A stretch of 64,000 bases of DNA, from the NCBI GenBank assembly GCA_009914755.4, contig CP086569.2, forward strand, positions 2,656,001-2,720,000, given 5' to 3'. A program made the position numbers and the translations under genes. Source of the DNA: the human T2T-CHM13v2.0 reference genome, Homo sapiens. Below the pieces are notes generated by a model. The model did not search any database. It had not been told where the DNA came from and saw only the letters and a program-made list of their open reading frames with translations. This document shows, piece after piece, positions 61,087 to 64,000 of the stretch (within the stretch, counting starts at the first letter, position 1; each line of letters begins with the position of its first letter).

Positions 61087-62344
61087 GGTCTTGCTCTGTT
61101 GCCCAGGCTGGAGTGCAGTGCACGATCACAATTCACTGCAGCCTTAACCTCCTGGGCTAAAGTGACCCTCCTGCCTCAGCCTCCCAAGTAGCTGGGACTA
61201 CAGTCATGGGGCACCACCATGACTGGCTAATTTTTCTTTTTTAGCAATTTTTTGCAGAGATAGAATCTCATTATTTTGCCCAGGATGGTCTCACACTCCT
61301 GGCTTCAAGTGATCCTCCCACCTCTGCCTCCTAAATCCCAGTTTGTGCTGGGATTACAAACATGAGCTTGTAATCAGACAATACTTGTGCTGAGACAATA
61401 TAGGACCAGAAGGCCTGCACCTGATCTTCTGATCTTATATTCTCTTAGCACAGCTATTGTTTGATTTCTGTGTTACAGGTAACTAACATGTTGATGTTGC
61501 CCGTTGCTGTTAGTTCAGCCCCTCTAGGAAGCAGATACTGTGATGGAATTAGGAGTACAAGAAATTTATTGGGGGCTAATGGCTGTGACAGAAGAAGGTA
61601 GAGGAAACAGGACTGGGCAACAAAATTCTTCACACCTCCATGCAGATTAGACACTTGTGAAAGGAAAGAAAGAGAAGCAGAACTGGGCAACAGGAGCTTC
61701 AGACCATGCTGTGGATCTGCATAAGTCTCTGCCAATGCAACAAGGAGCTCTGGAACAAAGACTACTCATTAGAGGAGTCTCATGCTGGGCAGACAGGGCC
61801 ACACCCGAGCACTCCCAGCTTGTACGATATTGGCCTGGGGGCTACCCAGGAAGAGATGGGCCTCAGATCAAAAATATGGCATATCTAGAAGATGCTGCAG
61901 CTAGAGGCTGTCGGCCAACTATACTCCTTGCAGCTCAACAGTGAATTTCTCTCTTAAAGGGAGATCTTCGCAGCACACCTCTGCAGCTGTCATGTGATCC
62001 AAATCTCTTATTCCATGCTAGCTTTCACTATAGAATAGTGGCCAGAGAGTTTGATACCTGCTTTCTGAGCCTCCCTGACAACTGGAATGACTATGTGACA
62101 CAGTTCTGGCTAGTGGGGATTCTGAGAAGCTAACTGGATAAAAAGACAAAGTCTTATGCGAAGAAAGCACACACTCACACACACACCAGTTATTTGTTTT
62201 CTAAATTTGAATGTAGTCTTGATACCTGGAGGGGCAGCCATCTTGCAGGCAAGAGGCGATAAGCAAAAGTGCTGAAGGATATAGTTCCTTGATAACATTA
62301 ATGAGACTGCTCTCTTCTTGGTAAATAAATAATATGTTATTAAC

Positions 62345-62367
<23 letters not shown>
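61087..62367 (+). pseudogene. Candidate L1-mediated retrocopy of a 5'-truncated, polyadenylated transcript (~1.28 kb). The source gene was not recognised. It begins inside an antisense Alu embedded in the transcript and ends with AATAAA about 20 nt before a poly(A), flanked by a 17-bp TSD.
   Basis: The TSD aagaaaacctgtctttg occurs at 61070-61086 and again at 62368-62384. A poly(A) a15-gaaag-a4 is at ~62345-62367, preceded by ggtaaataaataatatg (AATAAA). The antisense Alu at 61087-61368 lacks its poly-T, consistent with lying inside an RNA. Confidence 0.55.
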
Positions 62368-62375
<8 letters not shown>

Positions 62376-62662
62376 CTGTCTTTGACTGCCAAGCTGTGTT
62401 TCGTGTTTCTTTCCTCTTTCTTCAAATTTTACATATGGTTATTCTATTAATTATTTGGTTTTGGAAAAAACATTCTAATCACCTTTTTTTTTCTCCTCAT
62501 GATGGGTGGTTTTTGGAAGTAAAAATTAAAATATGGTCTAATACTAAATGAAAGATAGAACCAAAGTGAAAACTCAGAAACAAGAAGAAGAAGATGCTAG
62601 AGAAAATGAAAATTGTAGCACACTATTTCTATTCAAGAATAAGTGGATACTATTGGAGTGAT

Positions 62663-62953
62663 TTTTTTTTTTTTGAGGTGGAGTGTTACTCCATCACCCA
62701 GGCTGGAGTGCAGGGGACGATATGGGCTCATTACAACTTCTGCCTCCTGGGTTCAAGTGATTCTTCTGCCCTAGCTTCCTGAATAACTGGGATTACAGGT
62801 GGTGCCACCATGCCCAGCTAATTTTTGTATTTTTAGAAGAGACAAGGTTTCACCATGTTGGCCAGGCTAGTCTTGAACTCCTGACCTCAAGCGATCCTCC
62901 CATCTTGGTCACTTAAAGTGCTGTGATGACAGGTGTGAGCCACTGCTCCTGGC
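62663..62953 (-). mobile_element. Alu SINE
   Basis: tttttttttttttgaggtggagtgttactccatcacccaggctggagtgcaggggacgatatgggctcattacaacttctgcc... ending in ggtgtgagccactgctcctggcc. Confidence 0.85.
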
Positions 62954-64000
62954 CTATAAGGGTGATTTTTAAAGTAACTATTGCTATGAAATTCTGTTGT
63001 AAGGCAATGTTGCATCATCTCCAATCAACGTTAATAATACAGAATTTCTAAAATACCTGTAAGTATTATCCAAAGCAAATGAACTGGAACATTATAGTCT
63101 TGAAATCACAGGTGTCATTGCTATTTCGAGGTTGGTCTTGATGCTGAGATTTCAGAGACTCAAAGAATTGGCCCATCAGCAGTCATATGGCTGACATCTC
63201 TGTTACCTTTCTTCTGTTCAGTGGCATTTCTAACCATGGACTATAAGCTAGATTAGAGTTAGATTTCTTGTTTTTGTTGTTGTTGTTGTTGTTGGGCTGG
63301 CTGCACCTGCAAGTTAAGTTTCACTTATCCTTTTAGTTTTGGTTGGTTCCACTATCCATTCAAATTTGCCTTATTTGGTGTTCATACTGAGCACACAGTG
63401 GTCTGTTGACTCTCAGCAACTGCTCTTCAGTATGTTTAAAGTGTCCATCCCTTCAAACAAAACTGTCTCCTACCCCTTCCATCATTCTGGAATATGTTTT
63501 AGAATTCTCTCATTATTCTGATTATGTTGTTTTTGCCTGCATTGGAGCTGTAAATTTGTCATTATCGTCATTGACTGAATTGTATACAACTATTTATATT
63601 GTTTTAAAATTTGGAGTTTTTGGCAGGGAGGAAAGGAATGGTAGACCCATATCATAGTATTTACCAGTAGTAATCAGATAAAATCCTGAGGTGGTACCAC
63701 AGAGTTGTTCACATTTTTGTATTAATTTAGGATGTGTGCATGTAAATAAAGCATCCTAACCTGCTGCTTTTCCATCCTAGCTGTATGTAAATTAGTCTGG
63801 GGAGCGTTAGATTTGTATTTGTATGTATAGTTGGTCTTCTTTAGTCTCAGGTTCTGCATCTGATTCGACTAGCTGTGGATTGAATATATTTAAAAACTCT
63901 CACAACTATAGAAAATAATACAAATTTTAAAACCAATACAGTATAACAATTATGATATCATATTTATACTGTATTAGATATTGTACATAGTCTAGAGATG

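Noticed and set aside
61070-62384. Whether the retrocopy candidate might instead be a 5'-truncated SVA (antisense Alu-like start plus poly(A) end)
   Set aside because: The 3' kilobase does not resemble SINE-R (HERV-K env/LTR-derived). No VNTR or CCCTCT hexamers are present. A generic retrocopy is the better fit.

Overview
The window is human (primate) sex-chromosome genomic DNA, not a prokaryotic locus. Bases 1-1155 are the 3' end of the final zinc-finger exon of ZFX/ZFY. Thirteen C2H2 fingers are visible, and the reading frame ends in ...RHHKEVGLP followed by a stop codon. From my recollection of diagnostic residues ([34 protein letters not shown]) I favour Y-linked ZFY over ZFX, but I could not run a database search to confirm this. 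About 2.8 kb of AT-rich unique sequence follows and is presumably the 3' UTR. The remaining ~60 kb is repeat-dense intergenic DNA. It contains about 30 Alu elements, several of which have recognisable target-site duplications (TSDs). A multi-kb older L1 in minus orientation carries three nested Alus. A near-full-length but inactivated L1PA in minus orientation (~48.0-54.2 kb) has split a still older L1. A possible twin-primed L1 lies at 16.5-18.3 kb. There is a solo LTR12 (the HERV9 LTR) at ~18.56-20.1 kb and a THE1/MaLR LTR at ~20.83-21.24 kb. A deleted class-I (gammaretrovirus-like) HERV provirus spans ~23.6-27.6 kb. It has both LTRs, a frameshifted gag (MA/CA/NC zinc knuckle), the start of RT, and an integrase C-terminus. 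A candidate L1-mediated retrocopy of an mRNA 3' fragment, flanked by a 17-bp TSD, lies at ~61.09-62.37 kb. A (TTCC)n microsatellite and an unclassified GC-rich 1.5-kb block with internal tandem repeats are also present. Apart from the ZFX/ZFY exon I see no convincing protein-coding gene. The long ORFs downstream fall in GC-rich LTR sequence or in L1 and HERV remnants. I find no evidence of a novel 'system' beyond this transposable-element landscape. The most checkable items are listed under findings.
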